From an uncultured Gammaproteobacteria bacterium (lineage in GTDB: Bacteria > Pseudomonadota > Gammaproteobacteria > Halothiobacillales > Halothiobacillaceae), in contig CALKWL010000339.1 of NCBI GenBank assembly GCA_938004235.1, positions 1 through 42,238 of the forward strand: 42,238 bases of DNA, written 5' to 3'. The translations under genes were made by a program, and so were the position numbers. Shown here in pieces: positions 1-9,485 of this stretch. The notes below the pieces were generated by a model that saw only the letters and a program-made list of their open reading frames with translations, ran no database searches and was not told the DNA's origin. How positions within the stretch are numbered: position 1 is the stretch's first letter; the number at the start of each line of letters is the position of its first letter.

Positions 1-19
1 GTTTTTACTGTTTGTTTTT

Positions 20-85
20 CAAGCAGAAGACGGCATACGGGTTTGACTGAATTGAACGGAGTTCAGACGTGTGCTCTTCAGATCT
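20..85 (+). other. Degenerate Illumina P7 / TruSeq read-2 adapter (assembly artefact)
   Basis: caagcagaagacggcatacg matches the P7 start; ggagttcagacgtgtgctcttcagatct matches GGAGTTCAGACGTGTGCTCTTCCGATCT with 1 mismatch; genomic pgk sequence begins immediately after. Confidence 0.93.
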
Positions 86-240
86 TGGCCGGCGGCGGCG
101 ACACCATTGCTGCGATTCAAAAATACGACATCTACGACAAGGTATCCTACATCTCTACGGCGGGAGGGGCTTTCCTCGAATACCTGGAAGGCAAGGTTCT
201 GCCCGCTGTGGCAATGCTTGAACAGCGCGCTCAGGGCTGA
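86..240 (+). CDS. pgk: Phosphoglycerate kinase, C-terminal fragment (truncated at contig start)
   Basis: [10 protein letters not shown]...[22 protein letters not shown] is the PGK C-terminal signature; followed by pyk-fba. Confidence 0.95.
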
Positions 241-247
241 AAGCCCT

Positions 248-399
248 GCCCCTGAGAGCCCGCCCAGTCGGGACATGGAAGTCCCGCACGCAAATCAATC
301 GCGTGCGTGATTGATTTGTCGCTGGCGGGTTCGGGCGTGTACCGGACTCGTCATGGCTTAAAAACGCATGGATGAGTTTTTAAGCCTCCTGTCAGGGGC
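248..399. repeat. Multi-hairpin intergenic repeat element (family A, copy 1)
   Basis: Hairpins cgggac-atggaa-gtcccg, caaatcaatc..gattgatttg, cgggttcgg..ccggactcg, cttaaaaac..gtttttaag; bounded by IR gcccctgagag/ctgtcaggggc; 269-350 is homologous to the reverse complement of 33131-33212. Confidence 0.8.
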
Positions 400-460
400 G
401 TCTGACCGCGATATTGGTCAGGCACGTATTTTGATTTTATCTGTTAACTGAGCGCTGAAA

Positions 461-1909
461 ATGATACGTCGTACAAAAATTGTCGCCACCCTCGGGCCGG
501 CGACTGACGAGCCCAAGGTTATCGACGAGCTGATTTCCGCGGGTGTCGATATGGTGCGTCTGAACTTCTCTCACGGCCTGCCCGAAGATCACATGAAGCG
601 CGCGCGCATGGTGCGCGAGGCGGCGGCGCGTCAGGGGCGGCATGTCGCTATTATGGGCGATTTGCAGGGACCGAAAATTCGTATCGACCGCTTCAAGGAG
701 GGCTCCATTTATCTCGAAGATGGTGCGGCGTTCATTCTTGATGCAGCCTTGGGCAAGGACGACGGCGACCAGGAGCGTGTGGGCTTGACTTACAAGCAGT
801 TGGTTGATGATGTGCGTGAAGGCGATACTCTGCTGCTGGATGACGGACGCATTGTTTTTACCGTGCGTGACATCGTTGGCAGCGAGATTCATTGCACCAC
901 CGTGGTCGGCGGTAAGCTGTCCAATAACAAGGGCATCAACCGTCAGGGCGGCGGCCTTTCTGCGCCTGCGATCACGGCCAAGGATCGTGCGGATATTAAA
1001 ACCGCCGCCGAAATTGGCGTGGACTACATCGCGGTGTCCTTCCCGCGCAGCGCGGCAGATTTGCATCAGGCGCGCGAGCTGTTGAAGGCGGCGGGCAGTG
1101 ATGCCGGGATCGTAGCGAAGGTCGAGCGCGCTGAAGCGGTGCAGGCCATTGATGAAATCATCGAAGCCTCGGATGTCATCATGATCGCGCGTGGCGATTT
1201 GGGCGTGGAAATCGGTGATGCTGAGCTGCCGGCGGCGCAAAAAGCTTTCATTCGCAAGGCGCGCCTGGCCAAGCGTGCGGTGATTACCGCCACACAGATG
1301 ATGGAAACCATGATTACCAACCCGATCCCTACCCGCGCCGAGGTGTTCGACGTGGCGAATGCGGTGCTGGACGGAACCGATGCGGTCATGCTGTCTGGTG
1401 AGACGGCGGCAGGCAAGTATCCAATCAAGGTGGTACAGGCCATGGCGCATATTTGCGCGCGTGCTGAAAGTCAGATTCAGTCCAAGATGCACGTCCCGCC
1501 TGTGGATATGCACTTTGAGCGTGTGGATGAGACCATTGCCCTCTCCGCCATGTACGCGGCGAATCATATGGCGGTGTGCGCCATCATCGCCCTGACGGAG
1601 TCCGGCTCGACCGCCTTGTGGATGTCGCGCGTCAACTCGTCCATTCCAATCTATGCGCTGACTCGCCGTGAGGCGACGGCGCGCCGTGTGGCCATTTATC
1701 GCGGCGTGGTGCCGATTTTCTTCCATTACGACACCACGGATCATGCCGAGGTCAATCGCATGGCCGTACATGCGCTCAACAAGGTCAAGCCGCTGCACAA
1801 TGATGATCTGGTCATCATTACCAAGGGAGACCTGGTGGGCAAGATGGGTGGTACGAACGCGATGAAGATCATGCGCGTGGGGGACGGTTTCCTACCTGGT
1901 ACCGAGTGA
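461..1909 (+). CDS. pyk: Pyruvate kinase
   Basis: RRTKIVATLGPA, RLNFSHG, DLQGPKIR, IMIARGDLGVE, TATQMMETM, DAVMLSGETAAG motifs. Confidence 0.98.
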   Translation: MIRRTKIVATLGPATDEPKVIDELISAGVDMVRLNFSHGLPEDHMKRARMVREAAARQGRHVAIMGDLQGPKIRIDRFKEGSIYLEDGAAFILDAALGKDDGDQERVGLTYKQLVDDVREGDTLLLDDGRIVFTVRDIVGSEIHCTTVVGGKLSNNKGINRQGGGLSAPAITAKDRADIKTAAEIGVDYIAVSFPRSAADLHQARELLKAAGSDAGIVAKVERAEAVQAIDEIIEASDVIMIARGDLGVEIGDAELPAAQKAFIRKARLAKRAVITATQMMETMITNPIPTRAEVFDVANAVLDGTDAVMLSGETAAGKYPIKVVQAMAHICARAESQIQSKMHVPPVDMHFERVDETIALSAMYAANHMAVCAIIALTESGSTALWMSRVNSSIPIYALTRREATARRVAIYRGVVPIFFHYDTTDHAEVNRMAVHALNKVKPLHNDDLVIITKGDLVGKMGGTNAMKIMRVGDGFLPGTE

Positions 1910-2000
1910 CCCGCGCCCAATGTGCGCCTTGGCGTGTGACGCCTGTTCAATTTGATTCGTTTGATTGGATTCGATTTACAAACCTAAAGAGGAGAAGCTC

Positions 2001-3065
2001 ATGGCTCTGATTACCCTTCGTCAATTGCTCGACCATGCCGCTGAGCACAGCTATGGCATGCCGGCGTTCAACGTCAACAACATGGAGCAGATCCACGCGA
2101 TCATGCAGGCCGCCGACAAGGTTGACAGCCCGGTGATCCTGCAAGGTTCCGCCGGCGCCCGTTCCTACGCGGGCGAGCCGTTCCTGCGTCACCTGGTGGC
2201 CGCTGCCGTTGAAATGTACCCGCACATCCCGGTCGTCATGCACCAGGATCACGGTTCCGATTTGGGCGTGTGCCTGCGCGCCATTCAGTCGGGCTTCAGC
2301 TCCGTGATGATGGACGGCTCCCTGATGGCCGACATGAAGACCCCTGCCTCTTATGAGTACAACGCAGGCATCACCGGCAAAGTAGCCGAAGTTGCCCACA
2401 GCGGCGGCGTCTCCGTAGAAGGCGAGTTGGGCTGCCTGGGCTCTCTGGAAACCGGCAAGATGGGTGAAGAAGACGGTCACGGCGCGGAAGGCGAGCTGGA
2501 TCACTCCATGCTGCTGACTGACCCGGAAGAGGCGGCTCAATTTGTGCGTGACACCGACGTGGACGCTCTGGCGATTGCCATCGGCACCTCCCACGGCGCC
2601 TACAAGTTCACCCAGAAGCCCACCGGCAAGGTTCTGCGCATCGACCGCGTCAAGGAAATCCATGAACGCATCCCGGGCGTTCACTTGGTCATGCACGGTT
2701 CTTCTTCTGTGCCGGAAGACTGGCTGGAAATCATCAACAGCTACGGCGGCGACATGGGTCAGACCTACGGCGTGCCGGTTGAAGAGATCGTTGAGGGCAT
2801 CAAGTACGGCGTGCGTAAGGTCAACATCGACACCGACCTGCGCATGGCTTCCACCGGCGCCATCCGCAAGCATCTGGCGGAGAATAAGGCCAACTTTGAC
2901 CCGCGCAAGTTCCTGAAAGAAGCGACCAAAGCTATGGCCGGCATCTGCCAGGCGCGCTTTGAAGCCTTCGGCGCGGCCGGTATGGCGTCCAAGATCAAGC
3001 CGATCTCTCTGGATGACATGCGCAAGCGTTATGAGTCCGGCTCGCTGAAGCAGCAAGTTAAGTAA
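2001..3065 (+). CDS. fba: Class II fructose-bisphosphate aldolase (CbbA-like subtype)
   Basis: [55 protein letters not shown]; RBS gaggag upstream of ATG 2001. Confidence 0.97.
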   Translation: MALITLRQLLDHAAEHSYGMPAFNVNNMEQIHAIMQAADKVDSPVILQGSAGARSYAGEPFLRHLVAAAVEMYPHIPVVMHQDHGSDLGVCLRAIQSGFSSVMMDGSLMADMKTPASYEYNAGITGKVAEVAHSGGVSVEGELGCLGSLETGKMGEEDGHGAEGELDHSMLLTDPEEAAQFVRDTDVDALAIAIGTSHGAYKFTQKPTGKVLRIDRVKEIHERIPGVHLVMHGSSSVPEDWLEIINSYGGDMGQTYGVPVEEIVEGIKYGVRKVNIDTDLRMASTGAIRKHLAENKANFDPRKFLKEATKAMAGICQARFEAFGAAGMASKIKPISLDDMRKRYESGSLKQQVK

Positions 3066-3087
3066 TCGTTAAACAATTGCAGCTTAT

Positions 3088-3115
3088 AAAGGGCGGCCTT
3101 CGGGTCGCTTTTTTT
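3088..3115 (+). terminator. Rho-independent terminator after fba
   Basis: gggcggcc-ttcg-ggtcgctt hairpin followed by a T run. Confidence 0.85.
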
Positions 3116-3238
3116 ATTGGGCACTCCAACGCATACTCCGGCCTGAAACATGCTTGTTTGCAGGCTGGTCAAGTCTGTGGCCTTGTTGTTTATTCACAGG
3201 CATGACTCCAAGCACGCCTACCACCACGAGGTTCGTTC

Positions 3239-6200
3239 ATGAGTATCCACGTCGCGCTGCGTCACCGCACAGCCTATACCTTCGACCGTCCGGTGAGCCT
3301 GAGCACTCATTTGGTGCGCCTGAAGCCCGCCGCGCACTGCCGTACGCCGATTGAGGCCTATAGCCTGAAGGTCGAGCCGAAACTGCATTTCATTCACTGG
3401 CAGCAGGACCCGTTCGGCAACTACGTGGCGCGCCTGGATTTTCCTGAGAAAACCACGCATCTGAGCATTGATGTGGAAGTCATTGCCGATCTGGCGGACA
3501 TCAATCCCTTCGACTTTTTTGTCCAGGATGAGTACGAGCAATGGCCGTTCAGCTATGAGAAGACGCTCGCGGTGCAGCTCGTGCCCTATCTTGAAAAGGT
3601 TGAAACAGGCTCATGCTTTAAGGAGCTTTTGGCCTCGATTGAGCGCAGCAAAGTACGCACGACCGATAAGCTGGTCGAGCTGAATCAGCTCGTGCAGAAG
3701 CGAGTGGGTTACAACATCCGCATGGAGCCCGGTGTGCAGACGCCCGAAGAGACGCTTGGCTTGGGCACCGGCTCCTGTCGTGACAGCGCTTGGTTGCTGG
3801 TACAGCTCGCGCGCCATCTCGGCCTGGCCGCGCGCTTCGTTTCCGGCTATCTGGTGCAGCTCACCCTGGACGAAGCCCCGCTGGACGGGCCGCCCGGCAC
3901 GCCGAACGACTTCACCGACCTGCACGCCTGGGCGGAGATTTATCTGCCGGGCGCGGGCTGGATTGGCCTTGACCCAACCTCCGGGCTGTTCGCCAGCGAG
4001 GGGCATATCCCGCTGGCCTGTACGCCCTTCCCCGGCGATGCGGCGCCCATCAGCGGCGCCACGGATAAATGCGAAGTCGAGTTTGACTTCGTCAACGAGG
4101 TGACGCGCATCAAGGAGTCGCCGCGCGTCACCAAACCCTACACGGATGAAGAATGGGCGCGCATGAGTCGCCTAGGCGCCTTTGTCGATGCGCAAATGGC
4201 GGCGGCGGACATGCGCATGACCCAGGGCGGCGAGCCGACCTTTGTCTCCATCGACAATATGGAAGCGCCGGAGTGGAATACCGATGCGCTCGGCAAGCAC
4301 AAGCGTGAGCGCGCCGAAGACCTTGTGCGCCGACTGGGCGAGCGCTTCGCCAAGGGCGCGCTGCTGCACACTGCCCAGGGCAAGTGGTATCCCGGCGAAC
4401 CCTTGCCGCGCTGGGCGTTGGGTTTGTTCTGGCGTAAGGACGGCGTGCCGGTCTGGCGCAATCCGGCCTTGCTGGCGATGCCGGGGCGCGACTACGGGCA
4501 CACGCTGGAAAATGCGCGGGATTTTTCCAAAGCCCTGTGCGCGCAGCTGGGCTTGTCGCCGCTGTTTCTGCAAGAAGCCTTTGAGGACGGGCTGGAGCTG
4601 TTGCAGGAGGAGGCGCGCCTGCCCGTGGCGTGGGCGGTGGATGGCGCTGACAAGCGCAATGCCGCCGAGCGTCGCGCCTTGTTGGAAAAAATCAGCCGTG
4701 GGCTGGATGTGCCGCGCGGTTTTGTCTTGCCGCTGGCCTTCAATCCGATCACCCAGGCATTCAGCAGCGGGCCGTGGGCGCTGCGCCGCGGGCGCGTGGT
4801 GTTGATTCCGGGCGATTCGCCGCTGGGTCTGCGTCTGCCGCTGGATAGCCTGCCCTGGGTGGATAAGGCGCTGCGCGAGGAACTACCTGAGCGCGACAGC
4901 TTTGCTCCCGATTCGCCGCTGGCGGATTTTCATGACCTGGGTGAGGGCCTGGGTGAAGGCGCCGTTCCGGATGCGGCGATTTACGGTGAAGTCGCGGCGC
5001 GTTACACCCACACCACGCCCTATGTCGAGCCGCATCCTGAAATTCACGCCCAGACCGCGAGCGAGACTTGGGTGAAAGTGCCGCACACCGCCTTGTCCAT
5101 CGAGGTGCGTCAGGGCGTGCTGCATCTGTTCCTGCCGCCCTTTACCCTGCTGGAACCGGCGCTGGCCTTGATTGCCGCCATCGAGCGCACTGCCGAGGCG
5201 CTGGCCATGCCGGTAGTGATCGAGGGCTATGCGCCGCCGAGCGATAGCCGCATGGAAAAGCTGCTGGTCACGCCTGATCCCGGCGTGATCGAGGTCAACA
5301 TTCATCCGTCCTCGAATTGGGCGGAACTGGTCGAGCGCACCGAAGCGCTGTATCAGGAGGCGCGGCTGGCGCGTCTTGCCGCCGAGAAGTTCATGCTCGA
5401 CGGCCGCCACACGGGTACCGGCGGCGGCAACCACATGACCCTGGGCGGCATCACCCCCGCCGACAGCCCGTTCCTGCGCCGTCCGGATCTGCTGCGCAGT
5501 CTTGTGACCTACTGGCAGCACCATCCCAGCCTGTCCTACCTGTTCAGCGGCCTGTTCATCGGCCCGACCAGCCAGGCGCCGCGCGTGGACGAGGGGCGCG
5601 AGGATCGCGTCTACGAGCTGGAAATCGCGCTGGGGCTGATGGACGAAATGCAGCCGGAGGCCGCGCCGTGGCAGGTGGATCGCGCCCTGCGCCATTTGCT
5701 CACCGACCTGACCGGCAACACCCACCGTGCGGAAATCTGCATCGACAAACTCTATTCGCCGGACGGCCCCACCGGGCGACTGGGGCTGGTGGAGCTGCGC
5801 GGCTTTGAAATGCCGCCGCATCCGCGCATGTCGCTGGCGCAGGCTCTGCTCGTGCGCGCCATCATGCTGCGCCTGTGGAAAGCGCCGTATCGCAAGCCGC
5901 TGGCGCGTTGGGGCACGCTGTTGCACGACAAGTTCATGCTGGGGCACTACCTGCGCGAGGACTTGAAAGACATTTGCGCCGATCTGGCCGAACACGGCCT
6001 GCCGGTGGAAAGCGAGTGGTACGAGGGCTTTCTGGAGTTCCGCCTGCCGGAGTATGGCCGCTTCCAGATGGGCGACATCGAGATGGTGTTGCGCGCGGCC
6101 ATCGAGCCCTGGCATGTGCTGGGTGAAGAAGCCACGGCTTCAGGCATGGCGCGCTATGTGGACTCATCGGTCGAGCGGGTGGAGGTGACCATTCACGGCC

Positions 6201-6673
6201 TGACCAAGGGGCGCTATGTGCTGGCCTGCAACGGGCGTCGCGTGCCTCTGCGCCCGACCGGCCTGCAAGGGCAGATGGTGGGCGGCGTGCGCTACCGCGC
6301 CTGGCAACCGCCTTCGGCACTGCATCCGAACATCGGCATTCATGCGCCGCTGGTGTTCGATGTGATCGACACCTGGAACAACAAGAGCATCGGCGGCTGC
6401 ACCTACCACGTCGTGCATCCGGGCGGACGCAATTACGACCAGTTCCCGGTCAACGCCAATGCCGCCGAAGCGCGCCGCCACAACCGCTTCGAGTCGGCGG
6501 GGCACACCGTCGGCGTGTACGACGCGGTGAACTGGCCGCCGAGTTTTGTGCCCTCCGGCGCGCGTGTCATCCCGCATGACGACCTGCCGCGCCCGATGAT
6601 GCCGCCCGCTGAGGAGGTTGCCGGGGATATGCCGTATACGCTGGATTTACGGCGCAAGGCGGTGGTGATTTAG
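3239..6673 (+). CDS. Transglutaminase-like domain fused to putative amidoligase (DUF2126-type), 1144 aa
   Basis: N-terminal bacterial transglutaminase domain; GSCRDSAW (Cys), DLHAWAE (His), WIGLDPT (Asp) triad; C-terminal TQGGEPTF, PDPGVIEVN, GTGGGNH, GLVELRGFEMPPH motifs of the COOH-NH2 ligase-like DUF2126 region. Confidence 0.92.
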   Translation: MSIHVALRHRTAYTFDRPVSLSTHLVRLKPAAHCRTPIEAYSLKVEPKLHFIHWQQDPFGNYVARLDFPEKTTHLSIDVEVIADLADINPFDFFVQDEYEQWPFSYEKTLAVQLVPYLEKVETGSCFKELLASIERSKVRTTDKLVELNQLVQKRVGYNIRMEPGVQTPEETLGLGTGSCRDSAWLLVQLARHLGLAARFVSGYLVQLTLDEAPLDGPPGTPNDFTDLHAWAEIYLPGAGWIGLDPTSGLFASEGHIPLACTPFPGDAAPISGATDKCEVEFDFVNEVTRIKESPRVTKPYTDEEWARMSRLGAFVDAQMAAADMRMTQGGEPTFVSIDNMEAPEWNTDALGKHKRERAEDLVRRLGERFAKGALLHTAQGKWYPGEPLPRWALGLFWRKDGVPVWRNPALLAMPGRDYGHTLENARDFSKALCAQLGLSPLFLQEAFEDGLELLQEEARLPVAWAVDGADKRNAAERRALLEKISRGLDVPRGFVLPLAFNPITQAFSSGPWALRRGRVVLIPGDSPLGLRLPLDSLPWVDKALREELPERDSFAPDSPLADFHDLGEGLGEGAVPDAAIYGEVAARYTHTTPYVEPHPEIHAQTASETWVKVPHTALSIEVRQGVLHLFLPPFTLLEPALALIAAIERTAEALAMPVVIEGYAPPSDSRMEKLLVTPDPGVIEVNIHPSSNWAELVERTEALYQEARLARLAAEKFMLDGRHTGTGGGNHMTLGGITPADSPFLRRPDLLRSLVTYWQHHPSLSYLFSGLFIGPTSQAPRVDEGREDRVYELEIALGLMDEMQPEAAPWQVDRALRHLLTDLTGNTHRAEICIDKLYSPDGPTGRLGLVELRGFEMPPHPRMSLAQALLVRAIMLRLWKAPYRKPLARWGTLLHDKFMLGHYLREDLKDICADLAEHGLPVESEWYEGFLEFRLPEYGRFQMGDIEMVLRAAIEPWHVLGEEATASGMARYVDSSVERVEVTIHGLTKGRYVLACNGRRVPLRPTGLQGQMVGGVRYRAWQPPSALHPNIGIHAPLVFDVIDTWNNKSIGGCTYHVVHPGGRNYDQFPVNANAAEARRHNRFESAGHTVGVYDAVNWPPSFVPSGARVIPHDDLPRPMMPPAEEVAGDMPYTLDLRRKAVVI

Positions 6674-6689
6674 TACGCTTGCAGGATTT

Positions 6690-6784
6690 TGATCGTTGCC
6701 GCGCTCCAGCGTGGGAATGCAGCCCTGGACGCTCCAGCGTCCTGTACACGCTGGCTACGCGCCGCTGGAGCGTGGGAACGATCA
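6690..6784. repeat. REP-like palindromic element (GATCGTTCCCACGCTC..GCGTGGGAA type)
   Basis: tgatcgttgccgcgctccagcg ... cgctggagcgtgggaacgatca terminal inverted repeat with internal ggacgctccagcgtcc hairpin. Confidence 0.8.
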
Positions 6785-6807
6785 TTAGTCTTGTGAGGGC
6801 TTATGAC

Positions 6808-6840
6808 GGCTAACGCCCCTCTGCAACTTGTTGTTAGCGC
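6808..6840 (-). other. Truncated attC-like site (gene cassette remnant)
   Basis: Minus strand gcgctaac-aacaagttgcagaggggc-gttagcc, 3 nt after the stop of the 382-aa gene; has TAAC...GTTAG ends but is only 33 bp. Confidence 0.45.
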
Positions 6841-6843
6841 GAC

Positions 6844-7992
6844 TCACTCTGCAACGTCGTCATTCGAAAGAAACCCTGTCAGGAAGAACTTCTCGTCGTA
6901 GTGCGACACGTGCCAGAAGCTTCCTGAACTATCCAGCGCATCGACCTGGTAATCGACATGTACTTCGCCAATACCTGGTGGAACGGTGCTCTTCTGAGAG
7001 CTGTTGGTTGTTGCCTTCTCGTATATCGGAGCGCCATCGCGTTTCAGTTTCACGGAATATTTTCGAGGTTCTGTCCAGCGACTTGCTGCCGCCTTTTGAT
7101 CAGCTGATGCGAGCATTGTAATGGTTGTGTCTAGCACATACTCAGCACGCTCCCGCAAGCCGTCGGACTCCAACTTGGCGAAGTCCCTCTTGTGCACCCA
7201 TGTGGAGTTTTTCTTGTCGGATCGGTAAACCTCCGGGGTGAGACGCCAAACATTCCAAAATGAAACCGTGTCTATTCCTTTCCGCATGAGATCCATGTCG
7301 AGTTCGGAATGGTCTAAGACAATGTAGTCGGTAGGGTCGCAGACTGTCTTTTCAATATATTCCTTGCTACGAGCATAGTAGGGGGCTTTCCGCCCCCGCA
7401 GCGCGAACCCGAGTCCCTTTTTCTCTTCCGCAAACGGAGCTACGTCGTAGTCACGCTCGATTCTTACGAAGAGTGCTTTCCGACAATTGAATAGGCAGGT
7501 CTCGAAGTCTCCGTTTTCGAAAGCTTGCGCTGCATCTCGCACGAGGTCTTTGGCTTCTCCATCTTTCAATAGATCGATGAGGCTGACGCTAGCAAATGTC
7601 ACTCCAAGAATAGAGCTTGCGACCTCATCGAAGAGTTCGCGGACGGTGACCAAAAGGCCGCTGACTTCTGATTTTGCGGGCGCAATCCCGAAATGCTTTG
7701 AGCTGACCCGCAGTTTGTTTAGTGCCAAGAGGCGCGCCCTGAAGGGGAGCGATTTGGGCGAAATCCTGTCATCGATTAAATCAATGTACTGTTCGAATCC
7801 TGTTTTTCCTTGAATCTTCGCGTTAACTTGCTCTGCTACCGCGAGCAAGAATGCCTCTACAGCGTCTTGGAGCAGGTTGACCCCAATCGCCAGGCTAAGC
7901 TCATTGGTGGAGCTCAGGTTCTCTCGTGCTAAATCAAGCAGACGACGAGCCAATAAAAGTTTATGGATGATACTCTTCTGCATAGTACTCAC
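6844..7992 (-). CDS. HEPN-like domain protein with possible C-terminal SH3b-like domain (candidate toxin/defence)
   Basis: LLQDAVEAFL helix and R95-x4-H100 (RVSSKH) motif; C-terminal APIYEKATTNS..VPPG..FWHV..GFL pattern; visibly more AT-rich than flanks; alternative start ATG 7983. Confidence 0.6.
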   Translation of the reverse strand: MSTMQKSIIHKLLLARRLLDLARENLSSTNELSLAIGVNLLQDAVEAFLLAVAEQVNAKIQGKTGFEQYIDLIDDRISPKSLPFRARLLALNKLRVSSKHFGIAPAKSEVSGLLVTVRELFDEVASSILGVTFASVSLIDLLKDGEAKDLVRDAAQAFENGDFETCLFNCRKALFVRIERDYDVAPFAEEKKGLGFALRGRKAPYYARSKEYIEKTVCDPTDYIVLDHSELDMDLMRKGIDTVSFWNVWRLTPEVYRSDKKNSTWVHKRDFAKLESDGLRERAEYVLDTTITMLASADQKAAASRWTEPRKYSVKLKRDGAPIYEKATTNSSQKSTVPPGIGEVHVDYQVDALDSSGSFWHVSHYDEKFFLTGFLSNDDVAE

Positions 7993-8129
7993 GACGTCCC
8001 CGGGGTTTTTAATAGCGCCTAGCTTTAGAGTCCGGGGTAACTAACTGTAGCCGATTTCCCGGCCATTTGTTTTGCATACGCTCCAATTCGGTGCGTGTTG
8101 CGCAGGGGGGCAGTTCTCCTGATTCATGT

Positions 8130-9365
8130 TCACGCCTTGGCTCCGGCATCCAGCGCACGCAGGCTCTCTTCCACGCCGGCGGCATGGGTCAGGTCGGCGA
8201 CGTTGTCCTTGGTGAAAAAGCCCTGAAAATCGCCGAAACGCTGGACGTATTCGACGATTAGCGCCGAATGCTCGGAGGCGCTGGAGAAGATCTGCTTCAG
8301 CCCTTCCTCCCGCGAGCCGATGACGTTGAGCAGGAAGTTCTTGCCGCAACCCTTGAGAGCATCTACCACGTAATCGATGTTCGGCGCGCCGTTGGTTTCG
8401 CCGTCGGCCACGGAAATGGCCAGGTGGTGCAGGCGCGGGCCGAAATTGCGCACGAAGGCTTCGGTCGGCGAGGGCAGGTGCAGCAGGTGGTTGACGAAGT
8501 AGGGGTAGTTGGCGGCGGTGAACACCTTGGCCGGGCTCTTGGCTTCGCGCTCGTAGTGCACGCTCTTGGTGACGTTGGTGGATGAGTTCTGGTCGGCGAT
8601 GTCGTAGGAGCCCCAATAGTAATAGCTGCTGAGGGTGAGGTATTCGAGGATGGCGACTTCGCGGTTCTGGCTGTAGACGCGGGTGGCGAGGTGGTCGATG
8701 GGCAGAAGCAGGCTGTCCAGGCCGAGTTTGGCCTGCATGTTTTTGGCTTCGACATAGGCTTGCTGGATGTCGTCGCGGATGCTGGAGAGGCCGAGGGCGT
8801 AGACGCGCAGTTCGGACTCCGGGCGCTCCCAATAGCCGACGATGTTGTGGGTGTAGGGCGAGGGTTTGACGATGGCCATGTTGGCCGGAAGCTCGAGCTT
8901 GCGGATTTGCTCCTGGTTGAAGAAGCGGATCTCGCGCTCTTTTTGCAGCTCGACGACTTCGTGCAGATTGTCCACGCGGAAAATTTCGCCCATGTAGCGC
9001 GAGTTGGGCTTGGCTGCGCCGACGGGGTAAACCTCGTTGAGGCAGCGAAAGATGCCGCGCATGTTGGGGTCTTTGACTTCGCGCACCAAAAGGTCGGGCG
9101 AGTCGAGGTCGATGCGCAGGACGTGGGTGTAGTGTTCCTCACTTTCCAGGGTGACCAGGTAGTGGTAGGGCGTCATCAGGCAGAGCTCGTTGACATAGCC
9201 CACCGAGCGGTCAGGATCGACGGTAATCATCAGCGCATCCACCGCGCCGATCATGTTGGTCAGCCCCACGCGGTCGCGCTCTTCGAGCAGGCGCACGAGG
9301 TATTCCTCGAACATGGGCGAGTTGATTTTGTCCCCATAGCGGGGCAGGGCAAGCGACGGGCTCAT
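8130..9365 (-). CDS. VOC-superfamily, 4-hydroxyphenylpyruvate dioxygenase-like metalloenzyme
   Basis: C-terminal IDHLA, GPRLHHLA, LKQIFS and EYVQRFGDFQGFF..NV..L parallel the HPPD His/His/Glu iron motifs; RBS ggag before ATG 9365. Confidence 0.7.
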   Translation of the reverse strand: MSPSLALPRYGDKINSPMFEEYLVRLLEERDRVGLTNMIGAVDALMITVDPDRSVGYVNELCLMTPYHYLVTLESEEHYTHVLRIDLDSPDLLVREVKDPNMRGIFRCLNEVYPVGAAKPNSRYMGEIFRVDNLHEVVELQKEREIRFFNQEQIRKLELPANMAIVKPSPYTHNIVGYWERPESELRVYALGLSSIRDDIQQAYVEAKNMQAKLGLDSLLLPIDHLATRVYSQNREVAILEYLTLSSYYYWGSYDIADQNSSTNVTKSVHYEREAKSPAKVFTAANYPYFVNHLLHLPSPTEAFVRNFGPRLHHLAISVADGETNGAPNIDYVVDALKGCGKNFLLNVIGSREEGLKQIFSSASEHSALIVEYVQRFGDFQGFFTKDNVADLTHAAGVEESLRALDAGAKA

Positions 9366-9404
9366 CAAAAGGCTCCTTGGATTGGTTCTTCAGAACAGGA
9401 GTTC

Positions 9405-9420
9405 TGCAAGAACTGTTCCA
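9405..9420 (-). promoter_or_regulatory. Sigma54 (-24/-12) promoter of the HPPD-like gene
   Basis: Minus strand TGGAACAGTTCTTGCA: GG-N10-GC with TTGCA, 40 nt upstream of the start. Confidence 0.7.
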
Positions 9421-9485
9421 TGAGACCCGTGCCAATCAGGCTGTTGGATGCCCGATGCTTGATGGGCGTGCGGCAGGAGGGTGGC

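Noticed and set aside
43-85. N-terminus [14 protein letters not shown] of the first plus-strand ORF
   Set aside because: Translated adapter sequence, not part of pgk
437-3056. Long antisense ORFs opposite pyk (437-1798) and fba (1947-3056); likewise 23977-25176 opposite rho and 36365-37522
   Set aside because: Shadow ORFs from high GC and codon bias; they fully overlap well-supported genes and have no recognisable motifs
4937-4960. 12-bp tandem duplication (LGEG LGEG) in the transglutaminase-ligase gene
   Set aside because: Short in-frame slippage in a probable linker; no evidence of function
8079-8095. NtrC-like palindrome cgctcc-aattc-ggtgcg upstream of the HEPN-like gene
   Set aside because: Three mismatches to consensus and no convincing sigma54 promoter nearby
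9428-9435. TTGGCACG (-24-like) motif on the minus strand
   Set aside because: No GC at the -12 position; the adjacent 9405-9420 motif fits better
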